Assembly: GCA_964016885.1 (NCBI GenBank)
Contig: OZ024751.1
Coordinates: 5,456,001-5,520,000, forward strand
Source of the DNA: Eledone cirrhosa
Lineage: Eukaryota
Direction: 5' to 3'
Length of the DNA: 64,000 nucleotides
Shown here: piece by piece, positions 12,372 to 25,264 of the stretch
How the letters are laid out: each line of letters opens with the position of its first letter
How positions within the stretch are numbered: position 1 is the stretch's first letter
Notes under the pieces: model-generated
What the model was told of the DNA's origin: nothing
The model's input: the letters and a program-made list of their open reading frames with translations, nothing else
Databases searched by the model: none
Position numbers and translations under genes: made by a program

Positions 12372-14555
12372 TGGTTTCATTTATTGACTACAAGAGCCGA
12401 CATGTAGGGGACAATACAAAGACAGGGACAGTAGGGGTTTACAATAAGGTCGAGTAAAAGTGGACAATGGCAAGACTAATTTAACAATGAAGATATACAA
12501 ATATAAAATAAACTATGTATAAATATAACAAAATAAATAAATTCCCCTATAGGGGGTGGACCACCCAGGGGTGACTCAGGTACCCAACCAATCCTGAACC
12601 ACCCTGCGCTTCTAGGGCACCCAGGGAAAACACTCCGCTCCTCAAATTAGCTAGCCTATAGGCGCATGGTCAGAGTAGGCCCATTCACACGTGCCATTCT
12701 CGCCACATTCATCCACCTTTTAGCAAATTTACTGGGGGGAAGCACTTCTCTCTCCACCCTCACCTTCCTTTCCAGGTAAAACTTGAAGAAGTTGATGAGT
12801 GATTGGCTGAAGAGAAAAGTGTTTTTCTTCAGTCCTTTCAATCTGGCCCACCATATGACCTCTTTCGCAACGGCCACCAGACAGAAGAAAATTGTCTTCT
12901 CTTCCTCACCAAAGGAAGGCGGCGAGTCGATCTTCACTATGGACTCGGCCGATAGCCGGATCCGTTCCACACCCGACAGTAGCTGTTCGACATAGCTCCA
13001 CAAGTCAGTAACACGCGGAAATTGGACAAGTGCGTGCAGAATGGTTTCGTGGCTCTGTACACATCTTGGGCAGGGCCGTCTGACACCACTTCCGTGTCTG
13101 TAGAGTTTATCCCGAACCGGCAGTGCCCCCGGTAGCACTGCCAAGCGAGGGATTTCTGGAAATTGTGCATCGTCCCCTGCTCGAAAGGCATCCGGAACAG
13201 ACTGGTCAGTTCGACTTCGTCAAGGCTCAAAGCCTCTCCGAGTGCGTCATCGCACTTCCCCACCACTAATCCTCTATAGAACTCGAGAGTGGAAGTTCCA
13301 CTGATCGCATTGCCAGCTTGGTAGAGGGCAGTGAGTGCCTGGCAATATTCCAGGTGCCAGTCACCCAGTCTCGGTCTTTTCTTGACCCAGCACTGAAACT
13401 CAGTCTAAGAAACGGGCTGCGGAAGGTCGACCACACCTGTTCACCGTTTAGGCAGAATATCTGGAGATGCCGTAGCCACGGCATGCCCATCCCTCCGCGT
13501 AGAGGGTGCTGGCAGCAGATGGACCGCCTCACCAACGGAACTTGTCCTCTCCACAAGAATTTGATGAGGAGCCGTTCCAACCTGACGAGGCGCGGACGGG
13601 GGCAAGGCATGGCGGTTAGGCGGTAGTAGATGACGGACCCGATGCACACATTCGCCACCTCCACGCGACCTTTCAGTGATAGCTTCCTCGCAGCCCATTT
13701 TTGGGTGGGACTGGCTACCTTGCTCGTTACCTCGTCCCAATTCTTTTCCACTTGGAGGTCTGGCCCGAACCAAACCCCGTGAAACTTTACCGGTCCGTCC
13801 GCCCAGCGCCCAACGACGCTGTTGGACGGCATGGACTTGACTCTCCAGGTGCCGAGTTGCAAGCCCACTGACTTTTCGGGGTTAAGTTTTGCTCCCGTCA
13901 ACCTTTCATATTCCTCCAATAGGTTGCTGACCACCTCGATTTCTGAGGTATCCCACCCCATCACGGTGATGTCCTCCGCATATGCTGACACAGCCCTTCC
14001 ACGTCCCGGTTCCAGCGGGATGCCCTGCAACAGCTCCAGCTTCCGCAGTAAAGGTTTGAGAGTCAATACGTACAGAAGGGAGGAGAGAGAGCACCTTGAC
14101 GGTCCGATCGGGAGAGCCGAAATGGTTCCGAGAGTTGGCCATCAACCTTGGCCACCGAGCATGTGCCGCTGTGCATTGCAGCGATCCAGTCTCTGAAGAA
14201 AGGGCCGAAGCCAGCTGCTTTGAGGACAGCCTCCAAATACCGATGTTCGACCCTATCGAATGCTTTCGATTGATCTAAATTGATCAGTGCCCCACCGAAC
14301 CCAGGTTTACACCCCACCCTCTCTTTGATGTATCGCATTGTCGAGTATGGACCTGGCTGGGATTGCGCAAGTTTTCACCTCCCCAACCAAATCCTCGATG
14401 ACAAGCGCCAATCTTTTGCTAACACCTTGGCCATATCTTAAACTCTGTGTTGAGCAGAGTTATGGGCCTGAAGTTGTCTCGTGTATCCCTCGTGTTCTCG
14501 TCTTTCTTTATCAGCGTCACCTCTCCCCTGCTCATAGAACTGGGAACCCACCGCC
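12372..14555 (-). mobile_element. 5'-truncated L1-clade (Tx1-like) LINE ORF2: RT plus zinc knuckle
   Basis: LINLDQSKAFDRVEH, RQG.LSP, AYAEDIT, GAKLNPEKS, LSLKGR, FLWRG, GGMGMP, CPRC..ETILHAL; GC-rich, frameshifted. Confidence 0.9.
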
Positions 14556-14576
14556 CTTGATTATGATACTAATAAT

Positions 14577-14757
14577 TGTTTCTACTTTAGGCACAAGGCC
14601 AGCGTATTACTGGTACTTTATTTTATCGACCTCCGTAAGGATGAAAGGCAAAGTTAAACTCGACGGGATTTGAACTCAGAATGGCAAGGGCCGTAACTCT
14701 ATGCGTCAAAGCATGGCGTCCGACCCTCTACCGCTACTGCCTATTCACCGCCAATGA
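14577..14757 (-). mobile_element. Full-length SINE S1
   Basis: tRNA-like head GGCGGTGAATAGGCAG..GAGTTCAAATCC; 15-bp TSD TATGATACTAATAAT at 14562-14576 and 14758-14772. Confidence 0.9.
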
Positions 14758-14772
14758 TATGATACTAATAAT

Positions 14773-14905
14773 GATTTCATTTATCGGCCACAAAGTCTGA
14801 CATGTAGAGGACAATACAAAGACAGGGACAGCAGGGACAATAAGATTGAGTAAAAATGCACAATAATAAAACCTATTTAACTATGAAAAAATATAAAAAT
14901 AAAAT
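14773..14905 (-). mobile_element. Tx1-like LINE 3' tip
   Basis: Homologous to 12372-12520. Confidence 0.75.
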
Positions 14906-15014
14906 AATGATAATAATAATGATCACAATGCTACTATGGATTTCTGATGATCGTAATTGACAGGAGAGTTGAGTTTGTCGTACCAGACAATACAACTGTC
15001 TTATGTTTGTTCTC

Positions 15015-15406
15015 ATATGCAGAACTAATGAGAAATCTGCAGATCCTCCACTCTACCTATGCCTTCAGGTTTATTCCTGTGATTATTGGGCCACTGGGGT
15101 ATGTTAGTAACTGCCTCAATACAAATCTTGAGAAGCTGGGCTTCATAGAAACAGAAAGAACACAACCAGTTAGGAAATTACAAGTACAATCCATTAATGG
15201 AACAGTAAAAATATGTAAAACATTAAAAGGATTCTGCATCTAAAAACTGCATATACACATGTACAGATACAAAGCATATACACATGCACACATATAACTA
15301 AAAAAATACACATCCACACATACAATAACATCCATACTTGCACACAGGCGTGCATGCAGACATGCAGACATATCTACCTAGTTGAAGTTGCGTAAATTCC
15401 AATGAG
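15015..15406 (+). mobile_element. R4/Dong-like LINE 3' fragment
   Basis: YAELMRNLQIL..FIPVIIGPLGYV; near-identical to the reverse complement of 1495-1878. Confidence 0.85.
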
Positions 15407-15426
15407 AATGAATAAATTCCAATTTC

Positions 15427-16025
15427 TAATTTTATAATATGTAATCCATGTGCAACCATGCAGTATTCTTCTCCCCATGTTTTTCATATATATTTACCTA
15501 AACTGCGATTATCTGTTTCTCTCTTTCTCTCTTACTGCTCCCCCGTTCTCTCTGTTTCTCTTACCTTCTTTCGTCCCCTCTGTCAGTTAACACTTTCTCT
15601 CGACTGACCTCTTCCTCGCACTTCCACTCACTCACTCTCTGTTTCTCCCCTTCCAACTTCCACCCGTTCGCTAGGAGTGGGATTCTTTCTTTCTCACATC
15701 CCACTCACGGCGAAATGTCTGTATTCTGAACGCTCATGAAATTCACCCAGATTATGCTGATCGGATAACCATGTTGCTTGTTTTTTTTTCCCATCTTCGG
15801 TTTGCTTTTCCTTCTATGTTGTTTACTTGTCTCACTCGCTTCACGCGACTCACTAGTCCCAATAGCTTATTTTAGTTATTGCTCGCACCAACCTGAGGTA
15901 TATGATTTTTAATGCGATGAAATACCAATGATGGTTGGCAAATCACTGATGAGGGACTAATTTTATAATATGTAATCCATGTGCAACCATGCAGTATTCT
16001 TCTCCCCATGTTTTTCATATATATA
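15427..16025 (+). mobile_element. Probable PLE pseudo-LTR-type element with ~67-bp terminal direct repeat
   Basis: 15427-15493 equals 15957-16023; pyrimidine-rich body; CTGATGA near the end; ends in (TA)n. Confidence 0.5.
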
Positions 16026-16033
16026 TGTATATA

Positions 16034-16154
<121 letters not shown>

Positions 16155-16270
16155 GCACACACACACACACATATATGTATGTAAAAGGTAAACAAAAATA
16201 ACAAAAATAAAACAAACGGCATAGTACATGGAAGATATATTTTTTAACGCTTGAAATAGCAGGAAGAGAG

Positions 16271-16306
16271 TCTTAACGTTTCGGACACAGGTCCTTCACC
16301 AGAAGA
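16271..16306 (-). ncRNA. Minimal hammerhead-like motif in a PLE pseudo-LTR fragment (degenerate core)
   Basis: TCTT-CTGGTGA-a-GGAC-ctgt-GTCC-GAAA-CGT-T-AAGA; A6>G deviation from the CUGANGA core. Confidence 0.6.
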
Positions 16307-16475
16307 TAGATTTAGAAATAGAAGATAAGTCGAAAGTAAAGAGTGATGAGAGGAAGGAACGGGGCAAATGAAAAAAAAAATTGGGGGAAAAAAAAAAAAC
16401 ACGTGCGTATTCAGTCGGCCATCATGTCTATATGTGTAAATAAATATATATACATATATATATGTAAATATATAT

Positions 16476-16510
<35 letters not shown>

Positions 16511-17012
16511 AATATATATATATAAATATACAATATTAAATAAATGGAAAACTATATTTATAAAACCATATTTATTTCATTATATATATTTCGGGGATAT
16601 CATATTAACAATATGCTATGCCTTCATCAGACAAAATACAATATAAACAGTTTTATAGATAAATATATTCGACATACCGTAATAAACATCAACTTCATTT
16701 GAAGAGGTTTACTCTAGCAGTGAAAATACAGAGAGAAAGAAAGAGAGAGAGAAAAGAGGGAAATAAGAAAGAAAGAAAGACAAAACGAAGAAAAGGAAGA
16801 AAAAGAAGAAAAAGAAAAAGAAGAAATGCATGGGACAAAATAGAGAGATGGAAAAAATAGATAAAGCGAAGAGCTTCATGTAAAGAGACAGAAAGAGATA
16901 TATATATATATATAGAGAGAGAGAGGAAATAGAGATAGATACATATATAAATATAGATATAGAAAAATTAGGTAGTGGGAGGTCATTTTGAGTAAGTGTA
17001 TCAATGATGCAT

Positions 17013-17051
<39 letters not shown>

Positions 17052-17594
17052 GCTCAAGTATTAATGTAAGGGAGATATATAGAGAGATATAGAGAGATAT
17101 AGAGAGATATAGAGAGAAAAAATTTAAAAATAGCCAGACATATTCGAGGCGTAGAAAACCCTATGTTTTAATGTATTAGTATTTATAAAACTTACACTAT
17201 ATTGTAAATATCAGTATTCCTGAATGAAACAAGTATTCACAATGCGTGAAAATTCATTATCTTATGTTTAGTTTTTTAAAAAATTCATATGTCTATGTGA
17301 ATCCAACTGATTCATTCCGCAAATTCAAAGTTACCGGAAAACATTCTCAATGTGGTATAAAAATTTGAGCGTATTATTATTCTTGCGATTACTCTACAAG
17401 ATTATCTATCATCTATAATGATGCACTAGCTAGGGCAGGGTATGCTGATAAGATTGTGTACATAGATAATGATAAACAAACTAAACAAAGTAACAACTTT
17501 TTTAATTACGGCAACAACATTAACAACTATAATAGAAAGCATTACAATAATTCCAAAGGACAAAAAAGAAATAGAACTAGGAACATAATTTGGT

Positions 17595-18251
17595 TTGCCC
17601 CCCCCTTTCTCACTAAACATTAAAACCCACATCGCTAAATTATTTTTCAAAGCTCTTGATAATCGCTTCCCTAGAACACATAGGTACCACTCAATCTTCA
17701 ATAGGCATACAATTAAATTAACCTACTCATCCACCAAAAATTTAGCACAAAATATTAATAGAATAAATAATAGGAACTTAAAACCTACTGATAATAGCAT
17801 AAATAATATACAAGTTAACAAATGTAACTGTAGAGATAGATCTAAATGTCCGTTAAATAACAACTGCTTAGTTAAAAATATAGTATACAATTGTAATGTT
17901 AATACTGACTCTAATTCTTTTAACTACGTCGGTTCCACATCGACGGAATTTAAACTTCGCTATAATAACCACAAGAATTCTTTCACAGATCCAAATAAAA
18001 AATCTTCAACGGCACTATCAGGTGTACTCTGGCAACTTAAGCTAGATAACGTTAGATATTCGACGGCTTGGAATATAGTCTCAAGAGGGATTCCTTTTAA
18101 TTCATCCTCTGAGACATGTGACCTCTGCGCAGAGGAGATATTCTTTATACTAAAATCTAAAAATTCCCTTAACCTACGGACAAATTTATTCAGTTGTTGC
18201 AAACATAGATTAAACTCAACGTTTAAATATAAATTTAAATTTAAAATGTAG
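17595..18251 (+). CDS. PLE linker plus GIY-YIG endonuclease (Naiad-like), lacking RT
   Basis: IIWFAPPFS..FP..H..IFN..TIKLTYS, CNCRDRSKCPL..C, IVY..YVG..FKLRYNNH, CDLC..E, LN..CKH. Confidence 0.85.
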   Translation: MPPPFSLNIKTHIAKLFFKALDNRFPRTHRYHSIFNRHTIKLTYSSTKNLAQNINRINNRNLKPTDNSINNIQVNKCNCRDRSKCPLNNNCLVKNIVYNCNVNTDSNSFNYVGSTSTEFKLRYNNHKNSFTDPNKKSSTALSGVLWQLKLDNVRYSTAWNIVSRGIPFNSSSETCDLCAEEIFFILKSKNSLNLRTNLFSCCKHRLNSTFKYKFKFKM

Positions 18252-19761
18252 TATATTTAGTTTGATTTATATTTATATGAGAACTAGCCGATAAATCTTT
18301 TGATTCCTAAATCTTTGATTCCCTCTTTTTACTCTTTTTATTGTTTATTTTATTTTATTTATTTTTATTTTTATTTTTATTTTTATCTAAACATTCCTCA
18401 TGAAAAATTAAGCTACCCTAAAAGCCGATGCTCCAAATTTTTTGAATTAACCTTACACTTGATAAACTTATATATTAAATATAGGAACATATGTAGACAT
18501 TATTGGATATCATAATCTTTTTTGCGATATTCCTTGCTAGATGTGATTTGATAGATAATTTTGGGCTTTGTCTTATAGTGAACTTGGCAATATATTGTCA
18601 ATTAACTTTGAAGGGTTGTTCTTTGTGGTTTATTTTTATTTTTATTTTTATTTTTATTTTTATTTTTATTTTTATTTTTATTCTTTTAGTATTGTAGTAT
18701 TCTATAATATTTTTATTTTTTATTTTATTTTATTTTTATTTTTAATATTTCTATATGTAAATTTTTATTTTTAATATTTTTATATGTAAAGTTTTAATAC
18801 GTAATATTTTTAATACGTAGTATTTTTAATATGCAATATTTTTATTATGTAATATTCTTTCGTAATATTCTTTTTTAGTTTTCTATTCTATATTTTTATA
18901 TTTTTATATATATTTTTACTTATTATCATTATTATTGTTATCTCTGCTTATAATATAATATATATTTTCGATTAGTATATTGAGACCTGCTCTCTATTTC
19001 TGCTTGATAGATAATCTTGTAGAGTAATCGCAAGAATAATAATACGCTCAAATTTTTATACCACATTGAGAATGTTTTCCGGTAACTTTGAATTTGCGGA
19101 ATGAATCAGTTGGATTCACATAGACATATGAATTTTTTAAAAAACTAAACATAAGATAATGAATTTTCACGCATTGTGAATACTTGTTTCATTCAGGAAT
19201 ACTGATATTTACAATATAGTGTAAGTTTTATAAATACTAATACATTAAAACATAGGGTTTTCTACGCCTCGAATATGTCTGGCTATTTTTAAATTTTTTC
19301 TCTCTATATCTCTCTATATCTCTCTATATATCTCCCTTACATTAATACTTGAGCTAAATAAATAAATAAATAAATAAATAAATGCATCATTGATACACTT
19401 ACTCAAAATGACCTCCCACTACCTAATTTTTCTATATCTATATTTATATATGTATCTATCTCTATTTCCTCTCTCTCTCTCTCTATATATATATATATCT
19501 CTTTCTGTCTCTTTACATGAAGCTCTTCGCTTTATCTATTTTTTCCATCTCTCTATTTTGTCCCATGCATTTCTTCTTTTTCTTTTTCTTCTTTTTCTTC
19601 CTTTTCTTCGTTTTGTCTTTCTTTCTTTCTTATTTCCCTCTTTTCTCTCTCTCTTTCTTTCTCTCTGTATTTTCACTGCTAGAGTAAACCTCTTCAAATG
19701 AAGTTGATGTTTATTACGGTATGTCGAATATATTTATCTATAAAACTGTTTATATTGTATT

Positions 19762-19815
19762 TTGTCTGATGAAGGCATAGCATATTGTTAATATGATATC
19801 CCCGAAATATATATA
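19762..19815 (+). ncRNA. Hammerhead-like motif in pseudo-LTR (mirror copy ~16583-16635, minus strand)
   Basis: CTGATGA at 19766, long stem II (CATATT-gtt-AATATG), GAAA at 19804; stems I/III weak. Confidence 0.5.
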
Positions 19816-22484
19816 ATGAAATAAATATGGTTTTATAAATATAGTTTTCCATTTATTTAATATTGTAAATATACTCCAAGTATTTGTCGAGTGCTTTTAT
19901 ATCAGTTATAAATATTTACTAGTTGTAACCCAACAATTTTAAATATAACTTTACATGTATATATAAATATATATATATATATGTAAATATATATATATAG
20001 TATACATATATACATGTCAGGAGAGAGGGGTGGGGGAAATCATATTAAATGGTGTTTTCCTTTTGTGTGTATATAAGATAGTTGCTGTAAAGTAAGTTAG
20101 CGCTGTAGTTTGGTATGTAGCTCTAGAGTAAATTGCATATTCTAAATTCCCGATTCAATGACACGAAAAAAAGAAAAATTACCCTTAAGGATTCTAGTAA
20201 CTGAATACAAAATATTACTCGACATTGTTGGAGGAATTTGGTTTAAATATCCACATAATTCATATTTTATATTCATAAAACCGACATAAAAAAGGGAACT
20301 TTACTCTATAGCATTTTCATTTTAGTATTGATGTTTCTACACAGAGATCATAATTGGCTGTGTTTATGTAGGTCTACATGTCTCGTATAGGGTTTTGCTC
20401 TCGTCCAATGTAGACGGATATCAGCGTTCTAGTTTAACTGTAGATTCTAATTTTTGTCTAACATGATCTTTACTACACCTCTGCATTAGAGACGAAATAC
20501 AGTTTCGATACACATCAGTTAGGTATCAGCTATTATAAACACAAGGTCGACCAGATGAAATACATCTTAAAAACAAAAAAAAAAATGTTAAATTAGGATA
20601 ATCATAAAAATGTATTAATTTTGCCAAACTTGGATGTGTTATGAACTATTAGAAATATATTTCTTTGCTTATGTTAACCACTGTAATACATAATTCGTGT
20701 TTGTAGCAATGTTTTAACGTGATATTTGCTTGCTGTGTAAGGTCGTTAGTTGGGTTGCGTCCGTATTGGCAAGTAATGTGTCGATTCTAGAGAATTGACA
20801 TTAGGAATGGAGAAATATATAGCTTTAGACTAGTTGTAGATACACAGATAGATATATAGCTTAAGAATAGTTATAGATAGATATATAGCTTAAAATAGTT
20901 ATGGGCAGATAGATAGATAGCTTAAAACTAGTTATATATTTATAGTTAAACACAGAATAAACAAACCACGAATGGAAAACCCATCAATTATGTTGGCGTG
21001 AAAAAGGAACAAGGAAGGAAAGTATGATAAAAATATAATAAAAATACAACAAAATAAAACACACAATGATATAAACAAGAAAATAATAAATAAATAAAAC
21101 CAGGAAGTAAATCAGCAGGAAGTATATCTCCAGCGGCAGCTAGAAAAAAATAGAACTAAGGATGTAACATTTAATGAAGATATATTTCACCATCGAATTC
21201 TAAAGTAAAAATATATCTGAAGAGAAAGTGTTTCATTTACAGAAACACAGAACGACACGGCACAAGGAATTCAATTAGGGAAGAAATAACAGAAATTCTA
21301 CGAAATAAATATTTATTTTGAATGTATTTTAGTTTGTTCTTTGGTAAAGAAAATCATTTGTTATAACATTATAGCAGTAATGATATTTTGAAAAGTGAAA
21401 AGTATGCACAGGGTGAAATATGTCACAAAGTGCTGAAATTACTATATTTCTAAGCATGTTCTTTTTGTTTTTGGAAACGTTAAATGGAGAAACATCTACA
21501 CGTAATCCATAAATATAGGTGACATCTGTGTATGAAAAAAATGAATTTGCTGTAAAATGTATTGTATTTCATTCATCACACAAATGTCACTCCCAACGCT
21601 TTTTGAAAATAATTGAAACAATTTGTTGAGTCAGTTAACAACTATTACTCTTCCTGTCTTCTATATATTCAAAGAGGAACCAACTCTAAACCAATCTAAA
21701 GTTGTCTAACTGCACTTAAATGAATACTTACAAGGAACTACTACATTTATATATTTGTGAGGAACGAAGTACGAAAGTATTCAATCCAGCAGTTTTCTGA
21801 GATTCAACAATCTAATAATGGATTTTGTGATTTATATTCAGTGTGGCATTTATAGGTGGGGTGAATCGGCATGATTATTTCTTTTTAAATATGATTTTAT
21901 CGGCCAAGCTAGTTGAATTGAGAACGTAAAATGATCCCTATACAATTTATGTCATTTTCTCAGCAAAAAAATATACGATGGATAAAATATATTGTACAGA
22001 TTTAAATAACAGTTGCTGTATGATTGCTGTGCTCAAGTTATAATAAATGTAGTAAATATATAATACTCAATTATATCTTAGAAACAAAGCTAATCATAGG
22101 AATTGATGGCTTTGTGCGATTATTTCAAGACTAAATTTTCAAAGGACTTATTTTATCATCGACCATAGAATGATGGAAGCCATAGTTAGCTTTTGAGGTA
22201 ATCTGAATCAAAATATCAAGGCATTCAACTAAATGTATTTCCTCTATCATTCTCCCGATTGTGCCAAATATTAATACATAAAAGTATTTAATATAATATA
22301 TACATTATATACACATAAAATTATATAATATAATATATGCATTATATACACATAAAATTATATAATATAGTATATACATTATATATTCATAAAAGTATAT
22401 GATATATACATTATATACACATAAAAGTATATAACATGTGGTGCTATTAAGTTAGATATGCCTGCGCCAATACTGAGCGAAACC

Positions 22485-22738
22485 TATCAAAGTCAGCTCG
22501 AGAGTAGCACAGAGGAGACTGGGGTTAGCTGGATATGCTCACCTACATCCAGAGTTGACACTGCACTTAGTGCCCCTGTGGGAGACCCTGTACGGACACA
22601 CTAGAAGAGGGAGACAGAGGTTAACATATGCTGATGCCCTAAGGACAGACACTGACCTCTTGGAGACGCAGGACATGGCAGCGATGATGAGGGACAGAGA
22701 CCGCTGGAGAGAACTCGTCCATGGAACTCGCCCTAGAT
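22485..22738 (+). mobile_element. RTE-clade LINE 3' fragment
   Basis: RRLGLAG.AH.HPE..WE..GHTRRGR.RLTY.DAL..DT..MRDRDRWRELV; homolog of 59050-59300. Confidence 0.85.
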
Positions 22739-23025
22739 ATATATATATTAGTATATATATATTGTTATACTTTGGAAGGGTCATGTTGCCAATAAGAAAC
22801 ACACGCACCAGTTGCTTTCACTTCAATTTATTATATATTTATAAATTTATAAATTTACAAATCTACAAACTTATAAATTTCTGGTTGGTTGGTTGGTTCC
22901 ACAACCAGATAGTTGTTTATATATATAGTCATAGTCCTTTCGTCACACACTCTGTGACCTCTTCAGTGACTGAGGATTCCTTCCTTCGTTTCTGTGCCTT
23001 TACTTTCTTCTATCCTACGCCATTT

Positions 23026-23068
<43 letters not shown>

Positions 23069-23084
23069 GCATTTATATATACTA

Positions 23085-23116
<32 letters not shown>

Positions 23117-23120
23117 TAGT

Positions 23121-23530
23121 ATATTTATTAAAATAACAGATTAAAGTTTAATCAAAGAATCGCTGCTTTCACCCTTAACGGGATCTTCTGAAACTAAAAA
23201 AGTCAATCTGTGAACGCAGAAGTAAATATTTCAAAAAACGTTGCAACCGGAGGAAGACAGGAAGACGATACTTTGGTTCGTGGAAACGTTCCTTGGCAAA
23301 GAACGGGAAAAAACGAAGATAAACGTCATTATTTGGAGTGGTGAAAAACAATTACGCGCAAAGGCAAAACCACGTTTATGGTATAAAAGAAGTCGTAGAC
23401 TAATATTCTATTGGGTGGTTCATGGAGACGTTCTCTGGCCATGAATGGAAAAAACGAAGATAATACGTTATATGTGTAGCGGGGAGAACAATTGCACGCA
23501 AAGACAAAACCACGTAAATGGTATAACTGA
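23121..23530 (-). repeat. Unclassified repeat R (Helitron-associated), inverted relative to 24674-25025
   Basis: 23121-23399 is the reverse complement of 24674-24951. Confidence 0.85.
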
Positions 23531-23761
23531 AGAAAGGCGTAGATTTGCATATTTCCACAATATTGCGCCATTGATAATTAAACTATAAATAATTGTCTGC
23601 CCAAACACTTAAAGGTCTCATTTAACGCATGATTTATGAATTTAAAAAACTTTCTGAATTTTTGCAGCCTTGGAGTAACTCCTGATGGATCTATTATTGT
23701 GGTAATATCAAATTTCATTGAAATCGGACGAATTCTGAAAATATCGATTTTTGCCTCTGGG

Positions 23762-24673
23762 GGTCCAATATAAGTTACACTGGGAGATCCTAGCTGAGGA
23801 TAGATCGTATAACGGAAATAAAAGACCATGTGACCTCTGCGCCGCTGAAGCCGTGGAAATACTCTACACCAAAGACCACATTTTAAACAAAAAATCTGAG
23901 GCAATTTCGGCTTGTAAACATAAATTGCACAAAACTTTCCTGTATTACAGCCCCACATTATACCCTAACGGATAGTACGAACTATACGCGGAAATTTTAC
24001 GTCTTGATGTGGTAGCTAAGTATATGTTGTGTTTATATCATTACTTATTTGTATAGATAAGTATATATTACATGTATGTTTTGTGAAGGTACGTATACTT
24101 TCTCGTACGTACATTTGATTGTATATGTTATGGCGTATATATTATATATTCTGGTACATATGCATTTGGTTATGTGTACACGCGAGTGTTGCGTCTGTGT
24201 GAGTATGCCGGTTCGTACGTATGTATGGTGTGTGTATATGTGTACTTTATGTTTTGGTTGACCTAGGTCTCCGAACAAATGTGTATTTACATGTAGGTAT
24301 GTGTGTGCGCGCGTTATATACGTATTTATGTGTGTATATTTATATACGTTTATATAATTATATGTATACACGCACACACACACACACATATATATTTTTT
24401 AATATATATTTTTATGTGTATTTGGTGTATACGTTCGTATGTGTGCGGGTACAGGCGTTGCGTGTGTTCTGTATGTGCGTGCGTGTTTTTTTTGTGTACG
24501 TGCTTGTATTTGCATAACCATGGTGGGTGTTTTCGCGTATGCATGTGTATGTACGTATATGGATGCGTGCATGTATATATTTAATTTATGTTGATTTCAA
24601 TTACCTCTGTAATTTATTTACATTTTCTCAACTCTGAAGACGAGAATTATTCGGTTTCGTAAATAAATTTTTC
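23762..24673 (+). mobile_element. PLE fragment: GIY-YIG C-terminus plus TG-rich 3' UTR
   Basis: YKLHWEILA..SYN..CDLC..E..ILNKKSE..CKHK; CTGAAGA plus hairpin at 24634-24675, cut off before GAAA. Confidence 0.75.
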
Positions 24674-25025
24674 TCTACGACTTCATTTATACCATAAACG
24701 TGGTTTTGTCTTAGCGTGTAATTGTTTTCACCGTTTCAAATAGCGACGTATTATCTTCGTTTTTTCCGTTCATTGCCAAGGAACGTCTCCACGAACCAAA
24801 GTATCGTCTCCCTGTCTTCCTTCGGTCGCAATGTTTTTCGAAATATTTACGTCTGCGTTTACATATTGATTTTTTTAGTTTCAGAAGATCCCGTTAAGGG
24901 TGAAAGCAGCGATTCTTTGCTTAAACTTTAATCTGTTATTTTAATAAATATTTGCTCTACGGTTCTTATACATTTGATATATATTTATCCTTATCGAGCC
25001 CTCTTTGGATTTTAGTCTTCAAATT
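24674..25025 (+). repeat. Repeat R copy
   Basis: Matches 27110-27460. Confidence 0.85.
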
Positions 25026-25034
25026 TAATATTAT

Positions 25035-25195
<161 letters not shown>

Positions 25196-25264
25196 CCGTA
25201 CTAAGAGCGAGAAATGAAATTTTATATATATATATACTATACTATAAATGAAATTTTATATATA

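Larger units (their letters stand above)
16529..19880 (+). mobile_element. 5'-truncated Penelope-like element with inverted 5' pseudo-LTR
   Basis: Inverted arms 16529-17411 and 19005-19867 flank the RT-thumb end and a GIY-YIG ORF. Confidence 0.92.

Noticed and set aside
14577-14757. tRNA gene
   Set aside because: Only a tRNA-like SINE head, with a TSD and multiple dispersed copies
20815-22435. Short degenerate AT-rich tandem repeats (~20815-20940, ~22285-22435)
   Set aside because: Ordinary slippage-derived minisatellites
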